Source: an uncultured Desulfosarcina sp. | GTDB lineage: Bacteria; Desulfobacterota; Desulfobacteria; Desulfobacterales; Desulfosarcinaceae | NCBI GenBank assembly: GCA_963674945.2 | Contig: CAXXWQ010000004.1 | Span: forward strand, 1,664,001-1,728,000 | Direction of reading: 5' to 3' | Length of the DNA stretch: 64,000 bases | Shown here: positions 28,659-39,455 of the stretch, one piece after another | Layout of the letters: each line of letters begins with the position of its first letter | How positions within the stretch are numbered: position 1 is the stretch's first letter | The notes under the pieces: model-generated | Databases searched by the model: none | Told to the model about the DNA's origin: nothing | What the model saw: only the letters and a program-made list of their open reading frames with translations | Program-made: the position numbers and the translations under genes

Positions 28659-28997
28659 GTGAAACATTTGGAACAGCAGTTAGGACAGGCGTTGAGTGCC
28701 GAAGAGGTGGCCCAGTATCTCGGCCTTGATGTCAAGACAGTGAGGAAGTATCATCAACGTTTAGGTGGAATACGCTTGGGCCGCCGTTTCGTGTTCTTTG
28801 AAAAGGAGCTTATCAATGCCGTATCAGAAAGGAAAGAAATGGATCGCCCAAGTGCGGAAGACAGCAGAGGATGGCCGGGAGTACAGGAAAAACAAGGTGT
28901 TCTTGACCAAGAAGGAAGCCAAGGACTGGGAAGCCAAGATGGTGCGAAAACCAGTCGAAGAGTGGGACTTGAAGACCGTCACGGTCTGTTTGAATGA
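28659..28997 (+). CDS. Excisionase-like HTH protein
   Basis: LSAEEVAQYLGLDVKTVR...GIRLGRR winged HTH upstream of and overlapping the integrase. Confidence 0.75.
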   Translation: MKHLEQQLGQALSAEEVAQYLGLDVKTVRKYHQRLGGIRLGRRFVFFEKELINAVSERKEMDRPSAEDSRGWPGVQEKQGVLDQEGSQGLGSQDGAKTSRRVGLEDRHGLFE

Positions 28998-29934
28998 TTG
29001 GGCACAGGACTATCTCGACGTAGCCAGAGTGCGGTTTTCGACCAAGACCTACAAGGAAAAGGTCTCGATGTTCAAACGCTTCTTCAAGGTCATTGACCCG
29101 GATTTACCGATTGCCAAACTGAAACCCGGCGACGTATTGAAATACGTGCTCAAACAGAAGGAGAAAAGAAGCGGACACGCGGCCAACAAGGACCGCAAGA
29201 ACCTTGTAGCGGCCTGGAACTGGGGGATGAAGTACCTCAATCCACCCTTGCCGGGTCCCAACCCCTGCCTGGTGGATCGGATGCCAGAGGTTCGGCACCC
29301 ACGCTATGTACCGCCGGAAGAGGACTTTTGGAAAATCTATGCCGTGGCCGAAGGTCAGGACAAGGTGATGCTGTTGACGTTCCTACACCTCGCCGCTCGC
29401 CGTGGCGAAGTTTTCCGTCTAACCTGGCAGGATGTTGATTTCGGTAATGACCGGATACGTCTATGGACCCGCAAACGTATGGACGGTTCTTTTGAATGGG
29501 ACTGGTTGCCAATGACCAAGGAGTTGCGAAAGTCATTGCGATGGTGGTGGGAACACAGGCCGATCAAGGACCATACGCACGTTTTTCTGTGCCTGAACGA
29601 GCATCCAGGCCAAAGAGAAAACTATGGACACCCCTTTGTCAGCAATCAGAAGTTTATGCGTCGGATTTGTAAGGAAGCGAACGTCAAGCATTTTGGCTTC
29701 CACGCCATCAGGCACTTGACGGCATCCATCCTTTACCACCAAGGGGAACACGTAGCCCAAATCCAGGCCATTTTGCGACACCAGAGCTCGAAGACCACAG
29801 AGCACTATTTGCGAAGGATTGGGCTTGAACGTGTTCGCGACGCACTTGAAAGTTTGACTCCAAAGCAAGCGGACGCAGAGGTCATCGCCTTTGAAAAAGC
29901 GTTCGGAAATGGGCAATCGGGTGGTGAGAAGTGA
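28816..29934 (+). CDS. Tyrosine recombinase/integrase
   Basis: AARRGE (R), RKR (K), FHAIRH (HxxR), LRH and TEHY (Y). AAGGAG RBS before ATG 28816. Confidence 0.92.
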   Translation: MPYQKGKKWIAQVRKTAEDGREYRKNKVFLTKKEAKDWEAKMVRKPVEEWDLKTVTVCLNDWAQDYLDVARVRFSTKTYKEKVSMFKRFFKVIDPDLPIAKLKPGDVLKYVLKQKEKRSGHAANKDRKNLVAAWNWGMKYLNPPLPGPNPCLVDRMPEVRHPRYVPPEEDFWKIYAVAEGQDKVMLLTFLHLAARRGEVFRLTWQDVDFGNDRIRLWTRKRMDGSFEWDWLPMTKELRKSLRWWWEHRPIKDHTHVFLCLNEHPGQRENYGHPFVSNQKFMRRICKEANVKHFGFHAIRHLTASILYHQGEHVAQIQAILRHQSSKTTEHYLRRIGLERVRDALESLTPKQADAEVIAFEKAFGNGQSGGEK

Positions 29935-29957
29935 AAAAGCCGTCTGAAAAGCCGTCA
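29935..29957. promoter_or_regulatory. Integrase arm-type sites (2x AAAAGCCGTC)
   Basis: Same motif as 18864-18906. Confidence 0.65.
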
Positions 29958-29973
29958 AACGGGGTGCTGGAAA

Positions 29974-30014
29974 AAGAAAAGAGCCCAACCGGTTTTCTAA
30001 CTGGTTGGACTCTC
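29974..30014 (-). terminator. Element-supplied terminator for the tRNA-Val/Asp transcript
   Basis: GAGTCCAACCAG...CCGGTTGGGCTC hairpin plus TTTTCTTTT on the minus strand. Confidence 0.6.
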
Positions 30015-30023
30015 TATGAAAAG

Positions 30024-30101
30024 TGGCGGGAGCGACGAGACTCGAACTCGCGACCTCCGGCGTGACAGGCCGGCGTTCTAACCAAACTGAACTACGCCCC
30101 C
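30024..30101 (-). tRNA. tRNA-Asp(GTC)
   Basis: GGGGGCGTAGTTCAGTTTGG...CTGTCAC...GTTCGAGT...CCA cloverleaf. Confidence 0.97.
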
Positions 30102-30124
30102 AAACTTGATATCAGCGTTTGAGC

Positions 30125-30200
30125 TGGTAGGCGGAACAGGGCTTGAACCTGTGACCCCCGGCTTGTAAGGCCGGTGCTCTCCCAACTGAGCTATCCGCCC
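30125..30200 (-). tRNA. tRNA-Val(TAC)
   Basis: GGGCGGATAGCTCAG...CTTACAA...GGTTCAAG...CCA cloverleaf. Confidence 0.97.
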
Positions 30201-30305
30201 GAATTATAAAGAGCTTTCTTTCGCAAGGACCCACGAAAGAAGAAGTGCATAGCTACCAATTCACCCAAATAAAGTCAAGCCAAAAAAACATGGGCGCTTC
30301 GATTT

Positions 30306-32747
30306 TCAATTGATGGACATCGTGGGTTGGTCGGAACCGCCGTTTTCCACCCCAACGGGCATGTCGATATTGGCAAAAAGTCGCTCGCCCTGTCCGATCA
30401 CCAGTGCATGGCCGAGAACTTCGTCCATATGCTCCACCGGAACCACCTTCATCTGGCGGGTTACCAGTTTGGGAATATCCTTCAGGTCCTTTTCATTCTC
30501 TTTGGGAATGATCACCTTGCGGATCCCCCCGCGGTGAGCGGCCAGCATCTTCTCCTTCAAACCGCCAATGGGCAAAACGCGTCCCCGTAGTGTGATCTCA
30601 CCGGTCATGGCCACATCCCTGCGTACCGGCCGACGGGTCAAGGCAGACACCAGGGAGGCACACATGGTGATGCCGGCAGACGGGCCATCTTTTGGAATGG
30701 CACCTTCCGGAATATGAATATGCAGGTCCAATTCCTTGTAGAAGTTCTTGTCGATGCAAAGGCTCTCCGCCCGGGAACGGACAAAGCTGACGGCCGCCTG
30801 GGCAGACTCTTGCATCACGTCTCCCAGCTTACCGGTGATATTGACTTTACCCTTCCCCGGCATGGTGAGGGTTTCTACGCTGAGAAGTTCCCCCCCGACC
30901 TGTGTCCAAGCAAGGCCTGTTACAAGCCCGACCTGATCCTTCTCTTCGATCTGGCTGATCTTGAAACGTGGTGGTCCCAAAAGGGCTGTAACAATATTGG
31001 AGGAGATAACGTGTTTTCTCTTCTCCTCTTTTTCCGTGACCACCTTGCGGGCGGTCTTTCTGCAGACAGATGAAATTTCCCGTTCCAGGTTTCGAACGCC
31101 CGCCTCGCGCGTATAGCGTTGAATGATGGTGTAGATGGCGGCCTTGGAAAAGGAAATATCCTCGTTTTTAAGACCGTTTGCGGCGATCTGCTTGGGAATC
31201 AGATGGTCCTTGGCAATGTTGTACTTTTCCAGTTCCGTGTACCCGGGCAATCGGATGATTTCCATGCGATCCTGAAGCGGCAACGGGATATCCGGCAGGG
31301 TGTTGGCCGTGGTAATAAAAAGGATCTCGGACAGATCGTAATCCAGATCCAGGTAATGGTCATTGAAATTGTAGTTTTGCTCCGGGTCCAGCACTTCCAG
31401 CAGTGCGGAAGACGGATCACCCCTGAAATCCATGCTCATCTTGTCGACTTCGTCCAGGCAGAAGACCGGGTTGTTCACGCCGACCTTTTTCAACGACTGG
31501 ATGATCTTTCCGGGCATGGCCCCGATGTACGTTCGGCGATGACCTCGGATTTCCGCCTCGTCACGAACGCCGCCGAGCGACAGACGGACGAACTTTCTCC
31601 CTGTGGCCCTGGCGACCGACTTGGCAAGGGAGGTCTTGCCCACACCGGGAGGTCCGACCAGGCAAAGGATGGGACCGCGCAACTTCTTCACCAGCGTCTG
31701 GACGGCCAGATACTCGACGATTCGCTCCTTGGGTTTTTCAAGGCCATAGTGATCTTCGTCCAGGATCTGTTCGGCCTCGATAAGGTCATGACGAACGCGG
31801 CTTTTGGAATACCACGGAAGGCTGATGATCCAATCGATATAGTTTCTCACCACCGTGGCTTCGGCCGACATGGGTGTCATGAGCTTGAGCTTTTTAAACT
31901 CTTGACGAACTTTGGCAGATGACTCTTTGGACATCCGCTTGCGTTTGATCTTTTTCTCAAGATCCTTCAGTTCGTCGCTTGCTTCGTCCTCGGCCCCCAT
32001 CTCCTTTTTGATGGCCCGCATCTGCTCGTTAAGATAGTAGTTCTTCTGGGTTTTCTCCATCTGTTCCTTGACTCGCCCCTTGATGCGCTGATCCATCTGG
32101 AAAACTTCGATTTCCAGCTTTATCAGTTTGACCAGGGATGCAAGACGCTCCGACAGATCAATGGATTCCAGAAGAGCCTGTTTGCTTTCGAGTTTGAAAG
32201 AGAAGTGAGACGCTACCGTGTCGGCCAGTTTGGATGGATCTGAAATTGCCGACACCTTTGCCAGCAGCTCTTTTGAAATGCTTTTGTTGATGTTTGCATA
32301 CTCGGTGAAGTCGTCAATCACCGCTCGCATCAGCGCTTCCACCTCTACAACGTTGCCGGGAATATCCGGCAAAATGGTCAATTCGACCTCGAAAAACTCT
32401 GGGTTTGACACGTATCGGGAGATGCGCGCCCGCTGCTTGCCTTCGATGAGCGCTTTGACCGTGCCGTCGGGAAGACGGAGAAGTTGAAGCACCGAACCGA
32501 CGACCCCCACATGGCAGATGTCTTTTTCTGCGGGGTTGTCCACCCCCGCATTTTTCTGGGTGGCCAGAAAGATGCGCTTGTCCTTATTCATGGCGCTGGA
32601 AAGCGCGCTCACGGATTTGTTTCGTCCCACGAAAAGGGGGGCGACCATGTGCGGGAAAACGACGATGTCACGTAACGGAAGTAAGGGAAGCGTCTCCTGG
32701 ACGGCCTCCTTTTCATGATTCTTGAAAAATTTAGCAATGTCGACCAT
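30306..32747 (-). CDS. lon: ATP-dependent endopeptidase La
   Basis: [18 protein letters not shown] and PKDGPSAG (catalytic Ser). Confidence 0.98.
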   Translation of the reverse strand: MVDIAKFFKNHEKEAVQETLPLLPLRDIVVFPHMVAPLFVGRNKSVSALSSAMNKDKRIFLATQKNAGVDNPAEKDICHVGVVGSVLQLLRLPDGTVKALIEGKQRARISRYVSNPEFFEVELTILPDIPGNVVEVEALMRAVIDDFTEYANINKSISKELLAKVSAISDPSKLADTVASHFSFKLESKQALLESIDLSERLASLVKLIKLEIEVFQMDQRIKGRVKEQMEKTQKNYYLNEQMRAIKKEMGAEDEASDELKDLEKKIKRKRMSKESSAKVRQEFKKLKLMTPMSAEATVVRNYIDWIISLPWYSKSRVRHDLIEAEQILDEDHYGLEKPKERIVEYLAVQTLVKKLRGPILCLVGPPGVGKTSLAKSVARATGRKFVRLSLGGVRDEAEIRGHRRTYIGAMPGKIIQSLKKVGVNNPVFCLDEVDKMSMDFRGDPSSALLEVLDPEQNYNFNDHYLDLDYDLSEILFITTANTLPDIPLPLQDRMEIIRLPGYTELEKYNIAKDHLIPKQIAANGLKNEDISFSKAAIYTIIQRYTREAGVRNLEREISSVCRKTARKVVTEKEEKRKHVISSNIVTALLGPPRFKISQIEEKDQVGLVTGLAWTQVGGELLSVETLTMPGKGKVNITGKLGDVMQESAQAAVSFVRSRAESLCIDKNFYKELDLHIHIPEGAIPKDGPSAGITMCASLVSALTRRPVRRDVAMTGEITLRGRVLPIGGLKEKMLAAHRGGIRKVIIPKENEKDLKDIPKLVTRQMKVVPVEHMDEVLGHALVIGQGERLFANIDMPVGVENGGSDQPTMSIN

Positions 32748-32802
32748 ATTATCGAACTACTCCCAATTGGGATTAAAAATACAATGAGTTACGACGAATC
32801 GA

Positions 32803-34047
32803 TTACGCCTGTTTTTTAGAAGGCTCGTACAGCAAGATCGGCTCTTCTTTGTTGAGCACAACCTCTTCGCCGATGACGCACTCCTTCACGTCCTCTTTTG
32901 ACGGGATGTCGTACATGATATCCAGCATGCAGGACTCGAGGATGGCGCGCAATCCACGGGCTCCGGACTTTCTCTTTAACGCCTCGTCCGCAATCGCCGA
33001 CAGGGCGCTGTCGGTAAGCCGCAAATTGACCCCTTCGATCTCGAAGAGCTTTTTGTACTGTTTGATCAAAGCGTTCTTCGGCTCCGTCAGAATCCGGACC
33101 AGACTCGCAGCGCTCAGTTCATCCAGGGTCGTGATAACCGGTAACCGACCGAGAAACTCGGGAATCAGGCCGTATTTGATCAGGTCTTCCGGCTGGACAT
33201 GGCGAAGGGTCTCGCCCAGGCTTCGCTCCTTCTCTTTTTTGACCATGGCGCCGAATCCCATCAGCTTGCTTCCCATGCGCCTGTTGATGATCTGTTCCAG
33301 GCCATTGAATGTGCCGCCGCAGATAAAGAGTATATTGGAAGTATCCACTTTGACAAAATCCTGCTGTGGATGTTTCCGTCCTCCCTTGGGTGGAACGCTG
33401 GCCGTAGTACCCTCGATGATCTTGAGAAGGGCCTGTTGCACGCCTTCGCCGGAAACGTCACGGGTAATGGAAGGATTATCCGATTTGCTGGCGATCTTAT
33501 CGATCTCGTCGATGTAGACGATACCGCGCTTGGCCTTTTCCACATCGTAGTCGGCATTTTGCAGCAGGGCAAGGATGATGTTCTCCACATCCTCTCCCAC
33601 ATAGCCGGCCTCCGTCAGGCTGGTTGCATCGGCAATGGTAAACGGTACGTTGAGAAATCGTGCCAGCGTCTGCGCCAGCAGCGTCTTGCCGCAACCGGTC
33701 GGTCCGATCAGCAGGATGTTGCTCTTTTGAATCTCCACCTCGCCGGCACTGATGTTGGATTCGAGCCGCTTGTAGTGGTTGTAGACGGCCACTGCCATGT
33801 GTTTTTTCGCCAGATCCTGCTCGATCACATAATCATCCAGCCGGGCCTTGATTTCTTGCGGAATCATCAGGTTTTCGAAATCACCGGCTTCCTTCTCGTT
33901 CTCCTCTTCGATGATTTCGCTGCAAAGCTGAATGCACTCATCGCAGATATAGACTGCCGGTCCGGCGATCAGCTTTTTGACCTCTTTCTGATTCTTTCCG
34001 CAAAAGGAACAGAATAAGTTGTCATTGGGCTCGTCTTTTTTGGCCAT
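32803..34047 (-). CDS. clpX: ATP-dependent Clp protease ATP-binding subunit
   Basis: CSFCGK zinc finger, [16 protein letters not shown] and [10 protein letters not shown]. Confidence 0.98.
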   Translation of the reverse strand: MAKKDEPNDNLFCSFCGKNQKEVKKLIAGPAVYICDECIQLCSEIIEEENEKEAGDFENLMIPQEIKARLDDYVIEQDLAKKHMAVAVYNHYKRLESNISAGEVEIQKSNILLIGPTGCGKTLLAQTLARFLNVPFTIADATSLTEAGYVGEDVENIILALLQNADYDVEKAKRGIVYIDEIDKIASKSDNPSITRDVSGEGVQQALLKIIEGTTASVPPKGGRKHPQQDFVKVDTSNILFICGGTFNGLEQIINRRMGSKLMGFGAMVKKEKERSLGETLRHVQPEDLIKYGLIPEFLGRLPVITTLDELSAASLVRILTEPKNALIKQYKKLFEIEGVNLRLTDSALSAIADEALKRKSGARGLRAILESCMLDIMYDIPSKEDVKECVIGEEVVLNKEEPILLYEPSKKQA

Positions 34048-34048
34048 A

Positions 34049-34663
34049 TCATTCCTCCGTACTGGCTATTTGATCCAAGTCATCCCGGTTTGAAATGACA
34101 TGGTCAACAATACCGTACTCTTTTGATTCCACGCCGGACATGAAATAATCCCGGTCCGTATCCCGCTGGACCTCATCCAGACTCTTGCCGCAGTGACGCA
34201 CCAGGATGCCGTTCAATGCATCCTTCATGCGAAGAATCTCTTTGGCTTGAATTTCAATGTCCGAGGCCTGTCCCTGGAATCCCCCCATGGGCTGGTGAAT
34301 CATGATCCGCGCATGCGGAAGGGCATACCGTTTCTTTGCAGCACCGGCTGCCAGAAGGAGTGCCCCCATGCTGGCTGCCTGGCCGATACAAACGGTCGTC
34401 ACATCGGGTTTGATGTACTGCATGGTATCGTAAACCGCCAACCCGGAGGTAACCACGCCACCGGGGGAATTGATGTAAAGGTTGATGTCCTTGTCCGGAT
34501 CCTCGGATTCGAGGAACAGCATCTGGGCGATCAGCAGGTTGGCCACATCATCGTTAATGGCGGTCCCCAAAAAGATGATTCGGTCTTTGAGCAGCCGCGA
34601 ATAGATGTCGTAGGCACGTTCCCCCCTGCTGGTTTGGTCGATGACCATTGGAATTAATCCCAC
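34049..34663 (-). CDS. clpP: ATP-dependent Clp protease proteolytic subunit
   Basis: [20 protein letters not shown] and MIHQP. Confidence 0.98.
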   Translation of the reverse strand: MGLIPMVIDQTSRGERAYDIYSRLLKDRIIFLGTAINDDVANLLIAQMLFLESEDPDKDINLYINSPGGVVTSGLAVYDTMQYIKPDVTTVCIGQAASMGALLLAAGAAKKRYALPHARIMIHQPMGGFQGQASDIEIQAKEILRMKDALNGILVRHCGKSLDEVQRDTDRDYFMSGVESKEYGIVDHVISNRDDLDQIASTEE

Positions 34664-34814
34664 GGTTGATTCTCCTTTACATCTTTTTCGTTTCCATCGG
34701 ACGGGGCACTTGCAAGGATCTCTCCGCGTCGATTCCGATGGTCCGATTACAGGTTGCTGCGATGGTCGCCGGATCCTTGCGCCTTTCGCAAAATTCTAAT
34801 GATAAAGAATAGTT

Positions 34815-36131
34815 CTACGTTTCCGAAGTCACTTTTTCCGGTTTTACCGATTCAACTTCATTCTTTTCCATTATAAGCTTAATGGCCTGTTTTTCAAGTA
34901 ACGCGTGCTTAAAAAGCTCCAGCTTGTCACCGCTGTTTCCATAGATCCCCTTCACCACATCCACCGGTTGACCATAGGAGGCGGCCATCTCTTCAAACCC
35001 CTTTTCCAGATCCTCGTCGGACAGTTCCATTTTTTCCTGCTTGATGATCTGACCCAGAATCAACTGGCGACGCACCTGCTTTTCTGCCGTTTCCCGATAT
35101 TTTTCCGAAAGGCTCTCTCTGGAAATCCCTGCCTCTTCGAAGGACTTGTTATGGTAGGAGAAAGATCGCTCGGCGTCGGCGATAATGCCGTTGAGTTCGT
35201 ATTCCACCATCACATCCGGAACCTCGAAGTCCACCTTTTCCAGAATCTGGGTAAAAATTTGCTCATTGAGTTCCTGTTCCATCCGCTTTTCATACCCCTG
35301 GGTCAGATTCTCCCGGATTTTTTCCCTCACCTCGTCCATGCTACTGAATGATCCGAGTTGCTGTGCAAATTCATCATTGATTTCCGGAAGCACCTCTTTT
35401 CGGATGTCATTGAGCGTGACGGCAAAGTCCACCGTATGGCCGGCCAATTTCTTGTTGAAATAATCTTCGGCAAAGGAAACGGTGATGGTCTTTTCCTCAC
35501 CGGGCCGCATACCGATGATTCCGTCATCCAACTCTTTTGCGATGTGCCCCTCTCCAAGTTTCATCACGAAATTCGTCGTCTTTTCGGCAGCATCAAACGG
35601 CTTTCCATCCTTGAAGCCTTCGTAGTCGATCTGCACGAAATCTTCATCCTGTGCCGGACGATCCTCCTCGATGGGCTCGCGCTTGGCAAGGTTCTTCTGC
35701 ATCATCGAAACCTGCAGGTCCACCTCTTCATCACTGGCTTCATAGAGGGTTTTTGTCAATTTCATACCCGTAAAGTCAATATCGGCGATTTCCGGTTGAA
35801 CTTCAACTTCGGCATCAAACCGATAGGCCGCCCCGGCTTCGAGTTCCGGCGGATCGACCTGGGGAGAACCGACAACCTTCAGTTCCGTCTCTTTCAGTGC
35901 ATCCACATAGGCCGATTGAATCAGTTTTCCGGTCACATCGGCATGAACATCCTTTCGATACAGCCGCTCCAGGACGTTACGAGGGGTTTTTCCCGGCCGA
36001 AATCCTTTGACCTTGGCAGTCTTTTTCAAGGTTTTGTATGCTTCATCGAGTTCGCGGGTTACATCCGCCTCGGGAATTTCGATATGCATCACTTTTTTGA
36101 CGGAGGTGCGATCTTCAACGGTAACCTTCAT
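34815..36131 (-). CDS. tig: Trigger factor
   Basis: GFRPGK ribosome-binding motif, FKBP-like domain, position upstream of clpP. Confidence 0.96.
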   Translation of the reverse strand: MKVTVEDRTSVKKVMHIEIPEADVTRELDEAYKTLKKTAKVKGFRPGKTPRNVLERLYRKDVHADVTGKLIQSAYVDALKETELKVVGSPQVDPPELEAGAAYRFDAEVEVQPEIADIDFTGMKLTKTLYEASDEEVDLQVSMMQKNLAKREPIEEDRPAQDEDFVQIDYEGFKDGKPFDAAEKTTNFVMKLGEGHIAKELDDGIIGMRPGEEKTITVSFAEDYFNKKLAGHTVDFAVTLNDIRKEVLPEINDEFAQQLGSFSSMDEVREKIRENLTQGYEKRMEQELNEQIFTQILEKVDFEVPDVMVEYELNGIIADAERSFSYHNKSFEEAGISRESLSEKYRETAEKQVRRQLILGQIIKQEKMELSDEDLEKGFEEMAASYGQPVDVVKGIYGNSGDKLELFKHALLEKQAIKLIMEKNEVESVKPEKVTSET

Positions 36132-36395
36132 ATTCATCCTTTCTAAAACCAAAGAAAAGCAATTCCCAAACGGCCAGGGCTGTGGACCAACGACAGGCAC
36201 TGCACGATTCGGGTAAAAAAGTAAGCGCCCTGACGCGACTGGCATCAGGGCTCCTAATTAACATTCCCGACAGCGAATTTCGACTGCAACGATCACTTGA
36301 AGATTACCTGATCCTGTTGGCCATGTAAACCGCTTCAGATCAATGGTACCCCAAACATGTCATGTTGGCAACCGATTGTCGATGACGGGACAACG

Positions 36396-36482
36396 TGGTG
36401 CGAGAGGGGAGACTCGAACTCCCACTCCGTCGCCAGAGCTGGATCCTAAGTCCAGTGCGTCTACCAATTCCGCCACTCTCGC
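36396..36482 (-). tRNA. tRNA-Leu(TAG)
   Basis: GCGAGAGTGGCGGAATTGGTAGACGC...CTTAGGA...long variable arm...CCA. Confidence 0.96.
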
Positions 36483-36630
36483 AAGATCCTCCTTGCCCTC
36501 ATTTAGACATAGGCATCCAAAAACTTGACAATATCTGCAAATAAACTAAACTTCGTAAAAAAATCAAACGAAAAAACTACTATTGATGCCCCTACCTGTC
36601 AAGGATTTCACGTTGCCATTACATATCGCC

Positions 36631-37386
36631 ATGAAAAAGCCCCTCGGACACCACTTACGGCTTTGGCTGCTTCTGATCCTATGTTCGATTTTACCATGGG
36701 CCCCTCCCCTGTTGGCAAATCCACAACAACCCGTAATTGTAATCGATGCTGGCCATGGTGGGAACGATACCGGAGCAAGCGGTGGAGGCGACTACCATGA
36801 AAAACAATTCACCCTGTCCCTGGCACGACAAATCGCCGAAAAATTGGGGGCAAAATACCGCGTCTCACTGACGCGAACCACCGATGTCCTTCTTTCACCG
36901 GCAAACCGGGCCGCCGTGGCCAATCATCTGGCCGCCGACCTGATGGTCAGCATCCACGCCGCCACCACTCCCTATTGCGGGCAACGAAATGCCTTCCTTT
37001 ATTACCACGATGAGGATCGATTGTCGTTTCCGCCGCAGATGTCTGCATCCACCATAATAATCGATCCCAACGGAGAAAGCACGCCCTGGCAACGCCTCCA
37101 GGCCCGCCATCTCCACCAGAGTCAAGCGGCAGCCAAGGCGATGAAGCGGTCCCTGACAGATGGCGGTTCATTCGACCGGGTGATGGTCACCGGTCTTCCT
37201 TTGGTGACGTTGATGGGAGTGGACCTTCCGGCGGTAATGGTCGAAGTGGGATGTCTGCACCCAATGACCGCCCCATCCTCGCGGACCCTCAAACGGCAAC
37301 TGGATACCTATGCCCAATCCATCGCCACGGCCATCGAAGCCGCATTATGCAAAGTGGCGGGATCAACCGAACCAACGGGACGTTGA
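36631..37386 (+). CDS. N-acetylmuramoyl-L-alanine amidase (Amidase_3)
   Basis: Signal peptide, [14 protein letters not shown] and VMVEVG. Confidence 0.88.
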   Translation: MKKPLGHHLRLWLLLILCSILPWAPPLLANPQQPVIVIDAGHGGNDTGASGGGDYHEKQFTLSLARQIAEKLGAKYRVSLTRTTDVLLSPANRAAVANHLAADLMVSIHAATTPYCGQRNAFLYYHDEDRLSFPPQMSASTIIIDPNGESTPWQRLQARHLHQSQAAAKAMKRSLTDGGSFDRVMVTGLPLVTLMGVDLPAVMVEVGCLHPMTAPSSRTLKRQLDTYAQSIATAIEAALCKVAGSTEPTGR

Positions 37387-37454
37387 TACCGAGGTCACGA
37401 CAATTTCAGAACTTGCGTACGGTCTGAAACAGTGGTAATAGGCACCCAAAATAA

Positions 37455-37538
<84 letters not shown>

Positions 37539-37548
37539 ATTTAAAATA

Positions 37549-37588
37549 AAAACGGGATATTGGCCAAATTGCTATCTTCCCGTTTTTG
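37549..37588 (+). terminator. Hairpin/terminator after tRNA-Pro
   Basis: AAAACGGGA...TCCCGTTTTT. Confidence 0.55.
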
Positions 37589-37601
37589 CCATTTTATTCT
37601 C

Positions 37602-37628
37602 GGGTACCCATCTGGGTACCCGTTTTGA
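37602..37628. promoter_or_regulatory. Integrase arm-type sites (2x GGGTACCC)
   Basis: GGGTACCCATCTGGGTACCCGTTTTGA is matched at 47133-47159. Confidence 0.65.
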
Positions 37629-37792
37629 TGCCTTTACAGAAACCTAAAAAAAGCCTCGTTTCCAGGACCATTTTTCCATGTATCACCCCTCCCTTTAAGA
37701 AAAAAACCATTGATTAATTTTATAGGATGCCGATATATAGAGTGTAAGCGATACTTCCGACTGCGCAAACGTTACAATTCAGAGGTGTTACA

Positions 37793-38128
37793 ATGTCAAA
37801 GATAAGTGTAAAAATGGAACTTAGGGTTCCAGTTGTGATTAAAAAAAAGGATAAGTGGTATTCTGCATCCTGCCCCGTCTTAGATGTTGTATCCCAAGGA
37901 AAAACTGAAAAAAGTGCTAAAAGGAATTTGGGTGAAGCCCTTGAATTGTTCCTAATGACTTGTTTTGAGATGGGCACCTTAGAGGATGTATTAAAAACCT
38001 GTGGTTTTGAATTAATTCCAGAGCGTAGAAGGAAAGATCGCGTCTCAAAGATCCATCCGGAAGATTATGTTGATATACCTCTTTATCTGCTTGCGAATAA
38101 AAATGGGATGGATAGTTGCCACGCATAA
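37793..38128 (+). CDS. hicB: HicB family antitoxin
   Basis: WYSASCPVLDVVSQGKTEKSAKRNLGEALEL signature. Confidence 0.82.
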   Translation: MSKISVKMELRVPVVIKKKDKWYSASCPVLDVVSQGKTEKSAKRNLGEALELFLMTCFEMGTLEDVLKTCGFELIPERRRKDRVSKIHPEDYVDIPLYLLANKNGMDSCHA

Positions 38129-38349
38129 CACCAGTTTGTTGGGAAATTTTAGAGTGCATTTTTAAATTAGCTGGCTTCGTATTTCACAGAAGCAAAGGAA
38201 GCCACAGGGTGTATGTAAAAGAAGGATGCATACGCCCAATTGTAATTCCCACCTATAAAGAAATTGGTCAGGACATCATTCTATCAAATCTGAGAACTGC
38301 CGAATTATCCCGCGACAAATATTTTAAATATCTATCAGAATGCAGTTAG
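38116..38349 (+). CDS. hicA: HicA family toxin (mRNA interferase)
   Basis: GFVFHRSKGSH...PIVIP motif. TTG start overlapping hicB. Confidence 0.85.
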   Translation: MPRITPVCWEILECIFKLAGFVFHRSKGSHRVYVKEGCIRPIVIPTYKEIGQDIILSNLRTAELSRDKYFKYLSECS

Positions 38350-38382
38350 TGTATCAATAAAACACGACCCAAGGTTTTCCCA

Positions 38383-38437
38383 CCGTTTCACCTTGACCAT
38401 CAGACCGGATTCTTGGTATTGAGTGGATGTTCATTTC
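38383..38437. repeat. 55-bp direct repeat, copy 1
   Basis: CCGTTTCACCTTGACCATCaGACCGGATTCTTGGTATT...ATGTTCATTTC. Second copy at 39350-39404. Confidence 0.85.
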
Positions 38438-38570
38438 TTTTGATCCACCAGTTTTAATTTCTACCCTATTTTTACCCAGATACATACTGTCCATATGGGT
38501 GGGTATCAAATTGGAAGCCCTTGATTTTTTCAAAGTCTTAAAACGAAAGTAAAATAGGGGGTTAATAGGA

Positions 38571-39215
38571 ATGCGGAATAAAATCATAAGTAATTTTAGC
38601 TATTTCGCTTTGTTGTATTGTATCTTTGCCATGATATGTACAGGTTGTGGTGGTGGAGGTGGCAGTGGTGATGAAGAAAATATTGATAAAACAATTGATT
38701 ATACAATCCCATGGGTTTCTATCGAGATAGATACCAACTTTGATGACTGGGGATTGATCGACAGTGTTTATTTAGATGAAGAGAACGATGAAGACCCTGA
38801 AGCTGATTTCGAAGGCACGGATTTACGGAGAATTTACCTGGCGCGGGATGATGATTTTCTATATATCATGTTTACCGTTGCTGATGGCAGCCCTAATGAA
38901 AACGCCCAATTTACACTTGAATTAGTCCCTAATATTGATGAATCAGGAGCTGAAGGCAATTACATAACTTTAGCACGTTCTATCGATGGAAAATGGAGTT
39001 CTGGTATTCGTGTCCAAGACTGCCCAGAGCTAAGTAGGAATTATCCTTCTGATTATGTAGGTGTTGGTAATGGTTATATCCAGTGGAAGGTTGAACTATC
39101 TGCCATCCACTTTTTTGAAGACCGATACATTTATGCATATATTCATAGGTTCACACCTGTTTATTATCCTATTAGCGATTCAGCAACGACGGGAATAAGA
39201 GTCCATCTTGACTGA
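38571..39215 (+). CDS. Putative lipoprotein (acidic, beta-rich)
   Basis: Signal peptide with CTGC lipobox and Gly linker, followed by IDTNFDDW. Confidence 0.75.
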   Translation: MRNKIISNFSYFALLYCIFAMICTGCGGGGGSGDEENIDKTIDYTIPWVSIEIDTNFDDWGLIDSVYLDEENDEDPEADFEGTDLRRIYLARDDDFLYIMFTVADGSPNENAQFTLELVPNIDESGAEGNYITLARSIDGKWSSGIRVQDCPELSRNYPSDYVGVGNGYIQWKVELSAIHFFEDRYIYAYIHRFTPVYYPISDSATTGIRVHLD

Positions 39216-39349
39216 ATAAAACATTTAATACTTTATCTGCAATAACCACTGCTTGAGCAATCTTACATAAATCATCAGACAAGGCCCTCAATGGTGGGGG
39301 CCTTGTTTATTTTTAGGGATCTGAAATAGAAACGGCCCTAGTCCCCCCG

Positions 39350-39404
39350 CCGTTTCACCTTGACCATCCGACCGGATTCTTGGTATTTGGTATATGTTCA
39401 TTTC
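39350..39404. repeat. 55-bp direct repeat, copy 2
   Basis: Near-identical to 38383-38437. Confidence 0.85.
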
Positions 39405-39455
39405 AGAATGCTCATCTAAAAAACATTAGCACAATTTACAGCAATTAAATAAAAA

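Larger units (their letters stand above)
18767..30068. mobile_element. Integrative element at tRNA-Asp (~11.3 kb) with RM system, ArdC and PolA-like protein
   Basis: Perfect 48-bp direct repeat at 18767-18814 and 30021-30068 (3' half of tRNA-Asp). Integrase adjacent to the tRNA. Visibly lower GC than the flanks. Confidence 0.93.

Noticed and set aside
18767..30068. Apparent absence of CCGCGG sites inside the RM-bearing island
   Set aside because: By-eye scan only, and very few sites are expected in 11 kb, so avoidance cannot be claimed.
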